The position numbers and the translations under genes are program-made. Below are positions 52,228 to 61,662 of a stretch of DNA of 64,000 nt, piece after piece. Below the pieces are notes generated by a model. It searched no databases. It was not told the DNA's origin and saw only the letters and a list, made by a program, of their open reading frames with translations. The DNA is taken from NCBI GenBank assembly GCA_905181865.1, contig CAJIZG010000005.1:414705-478704 (forward strand), in the 5' to 3' direction. This DNA is from Urechidicola croceus (GTDB taxonomy: Bacteria; Bacteroidota; Bacteroidia; Flavobacteriales; Flavobacteriaceae). Position 1 is the first letter of the stretch, and every line of letters begins with the position of its first letter.

Positions 52228-52874
52228 TTAATGTCCATTACCTGTAATATTTGCTATCACTAGTCTATCGAATATTCTTTCTCCGGAGTATCTTCTATTG
52301 AGTTTCTAAATGAATTCATTCAGGTAAAGTTGAAGGAATTTCGCTTTTATTTTATGATACGTTCCTGAAAAACTTCTTTTAGCGTTGCTTATAGCAATAT
52401 GTACGCATATTAAAATCTCGTTAGTAGTCTATTTATTTGATTTTTCACTAATAAGGATATCGAGATAATCAGCGATACTGACATATAAGGTACTTTGGTC
52501 TGTAAAAACGATCATTTCGTTGTTCCATCGCTTTACGTAACTTATGAACCATTGCCCCTCAGGCTCATAACGTTTTAACCCTAATTGACGTTGTATTTCC
52601 TTGCTAGAAAACCTTTTTCTTAATAGCACTCATCAAAAATATAGTCTTATACCATATCATAAAGATAACTTAGAACTTTCCATTATTGTCTCGCTACGAA
52701 GTGATTTCCTAGAATTACAGGCTTTATACTAATAGCCGCATTTATTAACGAACCAGTAGTGTGCTGTTCCTTGACAACGTTTACAAATAACTCCTTCATG
52801 GTCTCTTGGACTTTAAAATGCAATCTATAACTCTTTTCATCCGTAAAGTGAATTCCAAAACTAAATATATTCAT
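52228..52874 (-). mobile_element. Decayed IS1595-family transposase remnant with internal deletion
   Basis: MNIFSFGIHF start, FSSKEIQRQLGLKRYEP, IVFTDQST, AISNAKR, LQLYLNEF; the middle region (EGMIEMDEG) is missing. Confidence 0.85.
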
Positions 52875-52997
52875 TACTAACCTTTTTAAAATCAATTAGA
52901 TATAATACATTCTAATTGACTTAGGACTCTATACGGATACACAAAAATTTTCTTAATTATAGTTAAGTTTCTCATTCTAAGTGAGATTGTTTAATTA

Positions 52998-54293
52998 ATG
53001 TTATTTTTGGTTAAACTAAATAGTGAAAGAAATTATATGAAAGTATTTAAATACACCTTTTTAGCGCTTATTATAGTTAGTACCCTTAAGATTCATTCTC
53101 AGGCGAGAGATGTTTTGGAGCCTATTAATATAAAAACCGTTATTTTAAAACCATTGGCGGCAAATAGATATGCACCCCAAATGAGAATGGGAGAAACATT
53201 TATTTTGGCATTTGATGATTTAGAGGCAAATCAAAAGGAGTATTATTATAAAATTGAACATTGCGATTTTAATTGGAATTCTTCCAATTTATCAGACAGG
53301 GAATTTATAAATGGTTATTCTGAAGATCGAATTAGAAACTATGAAAGTTCATTTAATACATTACAGTTTTATACACACTATTCGATAACATTTCCGAATA
53401 GTCAAACGAGTTTTAAAATTTCTGGAAATTATAAAATTTTAGTTTTAGACGATAATAATAATATTATTTTCACTAGAAAGTTTGTTTTATATGATTCAAA
53501 GGTAAGTGTGGGGATAACGATAAATAGAAGTAGAGATTTAGCATATTTTGATACAAAGCAATATGTGGATTTTGTTATAAATCACCCGAACTTTTTGGTA
53601 AATAATCCGTCTGCAGAAATTAAGACGGTATTGATGCAAAACAATGATTGGAATACGGCAATTAAAGATTTGAAGGCGCAGTATTATAGAGGTTCGCAAT
53701 TGATTTATAAGTACGTTAATGAGACTAATTTTTGGGCTGGAAATGAATTTCGATATTTTGATAGTAAGGGAGTAAGAGATGCAAATAATGAAATTGCTAG
53801 GGTAGACGTTGGCCCTAATTTATATCACACTATTTTGTATACAGACGAAGAACGTATTGATTTACCCTACTCTCTGAATCCAGATATTAATGGAAATTTT
53901 GTGGTGCGAACAATTGATGGGAATGATAATTCTGATATTGATGCAGATTATACTTGGGTATTTTTCTATTTGGAAAGTTTTGAGAATTTAAACGACAAAA
54001 AAGTTTATATAAATGGAAGTTTCAGTAATTGGAAAATTCATGACGATTTTGAAATGAAATATAATTCGAAATCTAACTTATACGAAGCAATATTACTAAT
54101 GAAACAAGGTTTTTACAATTATCAATATGTAACAGTTGGTGCTGATAATACTATTAGCAATTCAGATATTGATGGTTCCTTTCATTTAACTGAAAATGAT
54201 TATACGTTATTGGTCTATTACAGGCCATTCGGGAGCAGGTATGATCAGGTGATCGGGATAGGACATGGAAAGTCGGATAAATTTTTGAATTGA
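52998..54293 (+). CDS. DUF5103 / type IX secretion plug-domain protein (likely start ATG 53037)
   Basis: YYKIEHC, SGNY, GNEFRYFD, DINGNF, KQGFYNY, TENDY; lies upstream of apaG. Confidence 0.85.
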   Translation: MLFLVKLNSERNYMKVFKYTFLALIIVSTLKIHSQARDVLEPINIKTVILKPLAANRYAPQMRMGETFILAFDDLEANQKEYYYKIEHCDFNWNSSNLSDREFINGYSEDRIRNYESSFNTLQFYTHYSITFPNSQTSFKISGNYKILVLDDNNNIIFTRKFVLYDSKVSVGITINRSRDLAYFDTKQYVDFVINHPNFLVNNPSAEIKTVLMQNNDWNTAIKDLKAQYYRGSQLIYKYVNETNFWAGNEFRYFDSKGVRDANNEIARVDVGPNLYHTILYTDEERIDLPYSLNPDINGNFVVRTIDGNDNSDIDADYTWVFFYLESFENLNDKKVYINGSFSNWKIHDDFEMKYNSKSNLYEAILLMKQGFYNYQYVTVGADNTISNSDIDGSFHLTENDYTLLVYYRPFGSRYDQVIGIGHGKSDKFLN

Positions 54294-54343
54294 CCGTCTT
54301 TATAAAAAAAAGTATAAATTTGCAGTTACAAAGAATACAATAA

Positions 54344-54733
54344 ATGATGGTTCAACAAGTAACAAATGGTATTAGAATATCCGTAGAAACGAACTTCATT
54401 GGTACAAGTTATCATGATGATCGTCTTCATTTTGCTTTTAATTATGAAGTAACAATTGAAAATCAAAGCAATGATTCTGTTCAGTTACTTTCTAGATATT
54501 GGAATATCTTTGATTCATTAAACCATATTTCAATAGTAGAGGGAGCAGGTGTAGTTGGTCAAAAGCCAATTATAAAACCCAGCGAGACACATGCTTACAA
54601 GTCACATTGTCTTTTAACCAGCACTATGGGCGCGATGAGTGGTTTTTATAACATGGTTAATTTTACCACAACAAAAGCATTTAAAGTGCAAATCCCAACA
54701 TTTCAATTGTTGGCATCCGGTGCGTTGAATTAG
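54344..54733 (+). CDS. apaG: ApaG (Co2+/Mg2+ efflux-associated)
   Basis: QLLSRYW, VEGAGVVGQKP, GAMSG. Confidence 0.95.
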   Translation: MMVQQVTNGIRISVETNFIGTSYHDDRLHFAFNYEVTIENQSNDSVQLLSRYWNIFDSLNHISIVEGAGVVGQKPIIKPSETHAYKSHCLLTSTMGAMSGFYNMVNFTTTKAFKVQIPTFQLLASGALN

Positions 54734-54743
54734 ATTTTTTTTA

Positions 54744-55445
54744 TTATAAAACAGTCAACTCCTTAGAAAGAATATCATCGTAAATGAGCGTTTGTTTTTC
54801 TCCAAACTTTTTGAAAGAGGTGATGCTCAAAGTACCTCCTTTTTCACGAGACATCAATACATCGGTTTTAGGGTTTCCCTCTCCAGCATTTTTATGAAAT
54901 TGTAGAATATTTTCTTGATCAAATTCTTTGTTATTACAAAGCCATTCTTCGAACCATAGATTTCTCAATATCCTAGTCTCTTTTGAATATAGGGTCGAAG
55001 ACGACCAGATGTGTGAAGTTTTCGGGATGTTTAATAGGTGTTTTTTTTCTCCGGTCCAAACAAACTCAAATAAGGCTACGTCATTATTCCAGTCAACTAT
55101 TACTAAAGTAAAAGGCTCGATATTGTTTAAATCTATTAAAGTAAGTTTATTTGTAATATCATCAGATTTGAGTAATTCTTTTACAATGAGACCCCTGCTT
55201 ATTCTGTAAGATTGTTTAATTGCGTGGTTTTTGAATCCTCCATTTAACAAACAGATTAATCTGTTTTTCGAGCTAGTACCAATCCAAGTGCCCCCTGCCT
55301 GGCCATCTTTTGGATAGGTAATTTCAACAGAGTCTTCAATATATTTTTTTGGACGAAGTGCTTTTTTGCGAGCATATGGAACGTCCCTACTTGATGTTAG
55401 GATAAAATCGTTTTGATTTAAAGATAGAAAAGTTACGGTACACAT
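54744..55445 (-). CDS. NRDE/TANGO2 family protein
   Basis: N-terminal MCT, GGTWIG, LLNGG, SRGLIV. Confidence 0.9.
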   Translation of the reverse strand: MCTVTFLSLNQNDFILTSSRDVPYARKKALRPKKYIEDSVEITYPKDGQAGGTWIGTSSKNRLICLLNGGFKNHAIKQSYRISRGLIVKELLKSDDITNKLTLIDLNNIEPFTLVIVDWNNDVALFEFVWTGEKKHLLNIPKTSHIWSSSTLYSKETRILRNLWFEEWLCNNKEFDQENILQFHKNAGEGNPKTDVLMSREKGGTLSITSFKKFGEKQTLIYDDILSKELTVL

Positions 55446-55612
55446 AATTTAATAAACTTGGCGTATGCTCTTTTAAAATGAAACGGATAAAGAGGTACAA
55501 AGATAAATTCTATTTGATAAATTCCGATTTAAAATTGGTAAATATTGATTCATTTTAGCAAAGATCATTTTAACATAACTTTCTAAGTAACAATTTATTC
55601 ATTTAGGTATAT

Positions 55613-56488
55613 TTGCGCTCTGATATAAAAAATAAAAAAATGAAAAATTTATTTATGGCGTTATTTGCCATCTCCCTGTTATCATGTAATTCAGATGATG
55701 ATCTAGGTAAAACAGATTATACTGTAGAAAACGAGCAAGAAATAGTTGAGTATATAGCGCAACATAATTTAACAGCTACCAGAACTAACTCAGGCTTGTA
55801 TTATGTTATTGATGAGGTTGGTACGGGTGCAGAGATAATAGCAACTTCAGATGTTTCGGTAATTTATAAAGGAACTTTTAAAGATGGTTCTGTTTTCGAT
55901 GAGAGTACAGAAGACGGAGTGTCTTTTAACTTACAAGAGGTTATTCAAGGTTGGACTGAAGGGATTCAATTATTTAATGAAGGAGGTAGTGGGATACTCT
56001 TGATTCCTTCACATTTAGCTTATGGAAGTTCAAGTAATAGAGGTATTCCAGGAGGGTCAGTTCTTATTTTTGAAGTAGCGTTAATAGATTATGCCGCTAA
56101 GAACGAACAAGAAATAGTAGCTTATATCGAAGATAATCAATTGGATGCAACTCGAACTGATTCTGGGTTGTACTATGTCATTGATGTAGAAGGGACAGGT
56201 GATGCTCCGTTAGAAACATCAAACGTATCTGTAAAGTATAAAGGGTATTTTACGAATGGAACAGTTTTCGATGAAAACTTGACGAGCAGTGTCACCTTTG
56301 ATTTGGAGGGTGTTATTTCTGGTTGGACGGAAGGCGTTCAAAATTTGAAAGTAGGCGGTAGTGGGAAACTATTAATTCCATCTCACCTTGGATACGGAAG
56401 GTATGGAAGACTTGACCAATCAGGAAATGAAGTTATTCCAGAAGGGGCCGTGCTTATTTTTGAGATAGAACTTGTCTCTATTAATTAG
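55613..56488 (+). CDS. Lipoprotein with two tandem FKBP-type PPIase domains (likely start ATG 55640)
   Basis: LLSC lipobox; repeated SGLYYVI..GTG, VI.GWTEG, IPSHL.YG, VLIFE. Confidence 0.92.
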   Translation: MRSDIKNKKMKNLFMALFAISLLSCNSDDDLGKTDYTVENEQEIVEYIAQHNLTATRTNSGLYYVIDEVGTGAEIIATSDVSVIYKGTFKDGSVFDESTEDGVSFNLQEVIQGWTEGIQLFNEGGSGILLIPSHLAYGSSSNRGIPGGSVLIFEVALIDYAAKNEQEIVAYIEDNQLDATRTDSGLYYVIDVEGTGDAPLETSNVSVKYKGYFTNGTVFDENLTSSVTFDLEGVISGWTEGVQNLKVGGSGKLLIPSHLGYGRYGRLDQSGNEVIPEGAVLIFEIELVSIN

Positions 56489-56507
56489 AGCGTATTTCTT
56501 TTATAAA

Positions 56508-57146
56508 TTACGGTCTATATTTTACAGGGATATGAACTACTTTTTTGGTTTCAAAAAAGTCTTCCTCAAAAAAATTAGATAAATCATATAAAGTGACCTT
56601 TGGAAAGTTTTGAAGCTCTTCAGTCAAATCGCCACCTTTTAAGTAGAGAATTCCATTTTTCAATGGATGAATGGAGTTCTTTTTTACTTTACCCTTGGTC
56701 CATTTCGTAAAATCATTCATATTTGTAACGGCGCGGCTGACAATAAAATCAAATTGTCCCTTTACTTCTTCAGCTCTAATATGTTCTCCCTTTACATTTT
56801 TTAACCCTAAAGATTCAGCGATAGCGTTGACAACTTTAATTTTCTTTCCAATGGAATCTACCAAAATAAATTGAGTTTCAGGGAAAAGTATTGCCAATGG
56901 AATACCAGGAAACCCTCCGCCTGTTCCAATATCTAAAACAGAAGAGCCCGCTATAAAGCTTTGTACTTTTGCTATTGCTAAGGAATGTAGGACATGACGA
57001 GTATAAAGTTCGTCAATATCTTTTCTTGATACAACATTGATTTGTGCATTCCACTCTTTATACAATTTTTCTAACTGTCTTAATTGTGAAATTTGCTTAT
57101 CGGTAAGATTCGGAAAATAATTTAAAATGTGCTCCATAATTAACAT
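56508..57146 (-). CDS. rsmG: 16S rRNA m7G527 methyltransferase
   Basis: INVVSRKD, HVLHSL, DIGTGGGFPG, SRAV, LKGG. Confidence 0.96.
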   Translation of the reverse strand: MLIMEHILNYFPNLTDKQISQLRQLEKLYKEWNAQINVVSRKDIDELYTRHVLHSLAIAKVQSFIAGSSVLDIGTGGGFPGIPLAILFPETQFILVDSIGKKIKVVNAIAESLGLKNVKGEHIRAEEVKGQFDFIVSRAVTNMNDFTKWTKGKVKKNSIHPLKNGILYLKGGDLTEELQNFPKVTLYDLSNFFEEDFFETKKVVHIPVKYRP

Positions 57147-57217
57147 TGCAAAGATAGTTCTTTTAAATAAGATCTTTAATTATTTCTCATTTTAGGATTC
57201 CATTTTAAAATTAAATT

Positions 57218-57820
57218 ATGCTAGATAATTTTTTTAAAATAACTGAGAATAAATTCAATCTTAAAACGGAAATTATCGCCGGTGTTACCACTTTTATGAC
57301 CATGGTATACATTCTTGCAGTAAACCCAAGTATTCTGGGAGAAGCAGGTATGGGCAAAGATGTTGTGTTTATAGCCATCGCGCTGTCTCCAGTTGTAATA
57401 ACTTTGGTCATGGCTTTGGTGGCTAAATTGCCTTTTTGACCTGGCACCGGGGATGGGGTTAAATGCCTTCTTTGTATTTACCGTTTTTCTCGGAATGGAT
57501 ATACTTGGCAATTTTCTTTTTCTTTATTTTTCGCAACACTATTTATGATTATTCTGCCTGAAGTAAAGGCTCCAGCATTATTTGTTGTTGGCCTGTTTAT
57601 GATTTCACCTATTTTAAAAATTGATTTGAATGATTTTACAGAAGCTATTCCTATATTTTTTACTCTAATTATGATGTCTCTGACCTATAGTATCGCAGAC
57701 AGAATTGTCTTTGGTATGTTGCCGTATGTATTACTAAAACTGTTTATAAGCAGATTCTCTGAAATAAAACTAGTGATGTATGTTATAGTACTATTCTTCT
57801 TACTCAAAATTTACATATAA
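57218..57820 (+). pseudogene. NCS2/AzgA-family purine permease pseudogene with large internal deletion
   Basis: AGVTTF.TM.YI.AVNP start, LAPGMGLNAFF in a shifted frame, then a direct jump to C-terminal APAL..VG.FM...EAIP; about 200 codons in total versus roughly 430 expected. Confidence 0.88.
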
Positions 57821-57827
57821 GCTAGAT

Positions 57828-58811
57828 TCAAGTATTAAGTGCAACAGGTTGGTTAAAATTAATTAAAAACACTTCATTAGGAGTTTTATACCCTAATAAC
57901 TTTCTTGGTCTATTATTTAGTTTTGTGATTATCATGTTTATCTCATTATTGTTAATTAAATTAAAGTCTGTTTTTTTAGGTAAATATTGTCTTATTAGTT
58001 TGTTATTGTATTCATTGAGTCCTATTTGCCAAGGGGAATAGGGATCAGCAAAGTAAAAATCAACTTCGAGTTTTTGGGCAATTTCTTGATGTTTAGTAAA
58101 TTCCTTTCCATTATCAGAAGTTATTGTTTTTACGAGTTCCTTAAAAGGGGCAAGCAAATTAATCATCTGTTTTCGTATAGACTCAGCTTTAGTTGCATCG
58201 GTTTTAACCATTAATTCAAATTGACTTTTACGTTCTGTTATTGTTAAAATCGCGGTTTTATGGTTTTTCCCAATAATCGTATCTACTTCCCAATCTCCAA
58301 AACGCTCTTTTGTATCTACTATTTTTGGTCTATGATCTATCATTGTTCGATTGGGTATTCGTCCTCTTTGATGTTTTCGATTTAACCGTTTTCTACGCCA
58401 TCTGCGAGCCGTTCTGAGATGTAGATACAAGTAACCTCCTTCAGTTTGGTTTGCATAAATATATTGATAGATTCTTTCTGTGCTTACCATGGGTATTCCA
58501 TCTAAATCACAGCGGCCTTTAATTTGTTCTGGAGACCATTGATTTTGAGTTAGTTTTTTATCAATATATTGTTTCATATTCTGGTCAAAAACAGAATGCT
58601 TATAACTCTCTCTTTTACGCTCCTTACTTAGTGTCGAAGCATAATTAGCATTATAAATACGCTTTTTACTATTTCTTTTTAACTCTCTACAAATTGTACT
58701 TTTATGCACTCCTAGCTCTATGGCTATTCGTATAATTGTAAAATTTGCTTTTAGATACGCCTCTATTTGATATCTTTGAGAGTCGATTAATTGTTGGTAA
58801 TTCATCGGCAA
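57828..58811 (-). CDS. IS30-family DDE transposase
   Basis: HTH (LGVHKSTICREL), WSPEQI, GDWEVDTIIG, TSDNGKEF, NEYNNKLIR, LNNRPRK.LGYKTP. Confidence 0.96.
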   Translation of the reverse strand: MPMNYQQLIDSQRYQIEAYLKANFTIIRIAIELGVHKSTICRELKRNSKKRIYNANYASTLSKERKRESYKHSVFDQNMKQYIDKKLTQNQWSPEQIKGRCDLDGIPMVSTERIYQYIYANQTEGGYLYLHLRTARRWRRKRLNRKHQRGRIPNRTMIDHRPKIVDTKERFGDWEVDTIIGKNHKTAILTITERKSQFELMVKTDATKAESIRKQMINLLAPFKELVKTITSDNGKEFTKHQEIAQKLEVDFYFADPYSPWQIGLNEYNNKLIRQYLPKKTDFNLINNNEINMIITKLNNRPRKLLGYKTPNEVFLINFNQPVALNT

Positions 58812-58824
58812 TCAGATTTTTTTC

Positions 58825-58854
58825 AAATATCGTAAAGCGTGCTTTACGATATTT
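58825..58854. repeat. Perfect 14-bp inverted repeat in the IS30 leader
   Basis: AAATATCGTAAAGC-GT-GCTTTACGATATTT between the IR and the transposase start. Confidence 0.9.
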
Positions 58855-59030
58855 GTTCTCTGTTGCACTTATTGTTTGAACTTAGGAAAGTTAAAGTGTA
58901 ATCACAAGATTGATAATCAATTATTAGTATTGTATTTTTTAGAAGCTTAATTATTGTTAAAAAATGATAAATGTTAGTTTTTATCAATGATTTTTGGCGT
59001 AATTTTGCATAAGTTTAAAATTTTCAAAAT

Positions 59031-60119
59031 ATGACGACTATAAAATTTTCGAGAAAAGACAGTACCAAGTTCTTCAAGACTTTAAATAGAAGAGTGAATG
59101 ATTATTTTAAGGAGAATAATATCAAGAGAACGGGCAATTGGAAATTGTACGGCAAGGCTATATTTATGCTCGTATTACTACTAGCACCGCTTGCTTTAAT
59201 CTTAACTATAGAATTACCTACTTGGGCACAAATATTTGGTATGTTCCTTACGGGTGTTGGTATGGCTGGTGTTGGAATGAATGTAATGCATGATGCAAAT
59301 CACGAGTCCTTTTCGAGCAGAAAATGGGTAAATAAATTGATGGGAAGTACCATTTATATTCTTGCGGGTAACGATTATAATTGGAAAGTTCAGCACAATG
59401 TGCTACATCATACGTATACCAATATTCAGGGGCATGATGAAGATATTGATGCAGGTAGAATTATTCGCTTTTCAAAGCATACAAAATGGTTAAAAATACA
59501 TAAGTTTCAAAAGTATTATTCTTTCTTTTTATATGGTTTGCTTACGTTAAACTGGGCTGTAACGACAGACTTTAAACAATCGTATCAATACCTTAAAAGA
59601 AAGTTATCTTATGGTAAATTTCCAAATCCTGCGACGCAATGGACCAAGTTGATTATTGGTAAAATTGTTTATTACACACTTTGGGTTGTTTTACCGTTAT
59701 CTATTGGGTTTGCATGGTATGAAGTGCTCATAGGTTTCTTTATTATGCACTATACTGCTGGAATTATTTTAAGCGTTGTCTTTCAATTAGCACATGTAAT
59801 GCCAAATACAGAAATGCCTGCTCCGGATAAATTGGGGAATATAAAAAATACTTGGGCAATTCACCAATTATACACTACATCTAATTTTGCGCCGAAAAAT
59901 TGGTTGGTAAAATTTTTCACAGGAGGATTAAATCATCAGGTAGAACATCATTTGTTTTCACATATTAGTCATATTCATTATGATAAACTAGCTAAAATTG
60001 TAAAGCATACGGCTCAAGAATTTAGTTTGCCTTATAACGAATACAAAACAATGACAAAAGCTGTTATGGAGCATTATAGGCAATTGAACGTATTAGGAGA
60101 AAAACCACAACTCGCATAA
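59031..60119 (+). CDS. Membrane fatty-acid (acyl-CoA) desaturase
   Basis: His boxes HDANH, HNVLHH, QVEHH. Confidence 0.93.
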   Translation: MTTIKFSRKDSTKFFKTLNRRVNDYFKENNIKRTGNWKLYGKAIFMLVLLLAPLALILTIELPTWAQIFGMFLTGVGMAGVGMNVMHDANHESFSSRKWVNKLMGSTIYILAGNDYNWKVQHNVLHHTYTNIQGHDEDIDAGRIIRFSKHTKWLKIHKFQKYYSFFLYGLLTLNWAVTTDFKQSYQYLKRKLSYGKFPNPATQWTKLIIGKIVYYTLWVVLPLSIGFAWYEVLIGFFIMHYTAGIILSVVFQLAHVMPNTEMPAPDKLGNIKNTWAIHQLYTTSNFAPKNWLVKFFTGGLNHQVEHHLFSHISHIHYDKLAKIVKHTAQEFSLPYNEYKTMTKAVMEHYRQLNVLGEKPQLA

Positions 60120-60133
60120 ATTTAAATTAAAAC

Positions 60134-61321
60134 ATGTCACAACATTTATCAGATAGAATTCAAAGTTTGCCAACTTCTGCAACTTTGGCAATGGCGGCGA
60201 AAGCACGAGAGTTAAAGCAACAAGGAAAAGATATTATCGGATTAAGTTTAGGAGAACCAGATTTTAATACTCCTGAATTTATTAAGGATGCTGCTATTCA
60301 GGCAGTACAAGATAATTACAATTCGTATTCACCAGTTGATGGATACGGTGAATTGAAGGACGCTATTTGTTTGAAATTTAAGAGAGATAATAATTTGGAA
60401 TATACTCCAAGTCAGATCGTAGTTTCTACGGGTGCAAAACAATCAATTGCAAATATTGCACAAGTATTGTTAAACCCTGGAGATGAGGTTTTATTGCCAG
60501 CGCCTTACTGGGTAAGCTATTCTGCAATTACAATTTTATGTGAAGCAACTTATGTTGAGATTCCTTCAAGTATCGATACTGATTTTAAAATTACACCAGA
60601 GCAATTGGAAGCGGCAATTACGCCAAAGACAAAGATGATTTTCTTTAACTCTCCAAATAATCCGAGTGGAACTATTTATACAGAAAAAGAGTATAGAGCA
60701 TTGGCAGCGGTATTAGAGAAACACCCAAATATATATATCTTGTCAGATGAGATTTATGAGCATATTAGTTATGGTGAAGAAACTTTTAGTTTTGCCGCTA
60801 TTCCGAACATGTATGATAGGACGATTACGGTGAATGGAGTCGCAAAGGCATTTGCTATGACAGGTTGGAGAATTGGTTATATTGGTGCTCCTGAATGGAT
60901 TGCTAAAGCCTGTACTAAAATGCAAGGACAGATCACATCTGGGGCCAATTGTATTGCGCAGAGAGCGACTATTACTGCTTTAGAAGCACCTGTTTCTAGT
61001 ATCAATTATATGGTAAAAGAATTTCACAGTCGTAGAGATTTGATTTTAAAATTACTAGGTGAAATCGAAGGGTTTAAATTAAACGTTCCTAAAGGAGCAT
61101 TTTATGTATTTCCAGATATATCTTCTTTCTTTGGAAAAACAATTAAAGGAACAAAAATTGATAATGCTTCAGAGTTCGCATTGTTTATTTTGGAACACGC
61201 CAATGTTGCTACCGTAACGGGTGAAGCTTTTGGAGCATCTGATTGTATTAGAATTTCATATGCTGCATCTGAAGAAAACATCAGAACAGCGATATCAAGA
61301 ATTAAAGAAGCGTTGCGTTAA
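60134..61321 (+). CDS. aspC: Aspartate aminotransferase (class I PLP)
   Basis: LGEPDF, GAKQS, NSPNNPSG, SDEIY, NGVAKAFAMTGWRIG. Confidence 0.88.
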   Translation: MSQHLSDRIQSLPTSATLAMAAKARELKQQGKDIIGLSLGEPDFNTPEFIKDAAIQAVQDNYNSYSPVDGYGELKDAICLKFKRDNNLEYTPSQIVVSTGAKQSIANIAQVLLNPGDEVLLPAPYWVSYSAITILCEATYVEIPSSIDTDFKITPEQLEAAITPKTKMIFFNSPNNPSGTIYTEKEYRALAAVLEKHPNIYILSDEIYEHISYGEETFSFAAIPNMYDRTITVNGVAKAFAMTGWRIGYIGAPEWIAKACTKMQGQITSGANCIAQRATITALEAPVSSINYMVKEFHSRRDLILKLLGEIEGFKLNVPKGAFYVFPDISSFFGKTIKGTKIDNASEFALFILEHANVATVTGEAFGASDCIRISYAASEENIRTAISRIKEALR

Positions 61322-61345
61322 TCAATTATTTCGTATATTATATAG

Positions 61346-61375
61346 AGCGCTTTTGGATTCCAAAAGTGCTTTTTT
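61346..61375 (+). terminator. Terminator after the aminotransferase
   Basis: AGCGCTTTTGG/CCAAAAGTGCT stem plus T-tract. Confidence 0.8.
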
Positions 61376-61662
61376 ATTTCGTTTTTCTCAAACTCAAGAT
61401 GTAATTTAATCGAATCCGTAGTTTATTATGTGCTGAAATCACCTTGTAATTTATCGTGGTATAATCTGATTCATATGTCAATCTTAGGTTTATTAACGTT
61501 CCAATTCAAAACATAAATAAGTGTTATTCTTATCAAATTTCGGATCACTCAATCTCGAAGTAAATCGTATTCTAACTTCCTCTAAAGTAGTGCCTTTTAT
61601 TAACATTTTAAAAACATCAATATCAGAGCTGAATTCTTATATTTGAAAAAAACCTTTTTTAG

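Larger units (their letters stand above)
57821..58886 (-). mobile_element. IS30-family insertion sequence, apparently intact
   Basis: 27-bp imperfect IRs (57821-57847 / 58860-58886) sharing TAAGTGCAACAG; possible 2-bp AA target duplication. Confidence 0.9.

Noticed and set aside
61376-61660. Possible gene remnant between the aminotransferase and YyaL
   Set aside because: Short open stretches on the minus strand gave no recognisable motif.
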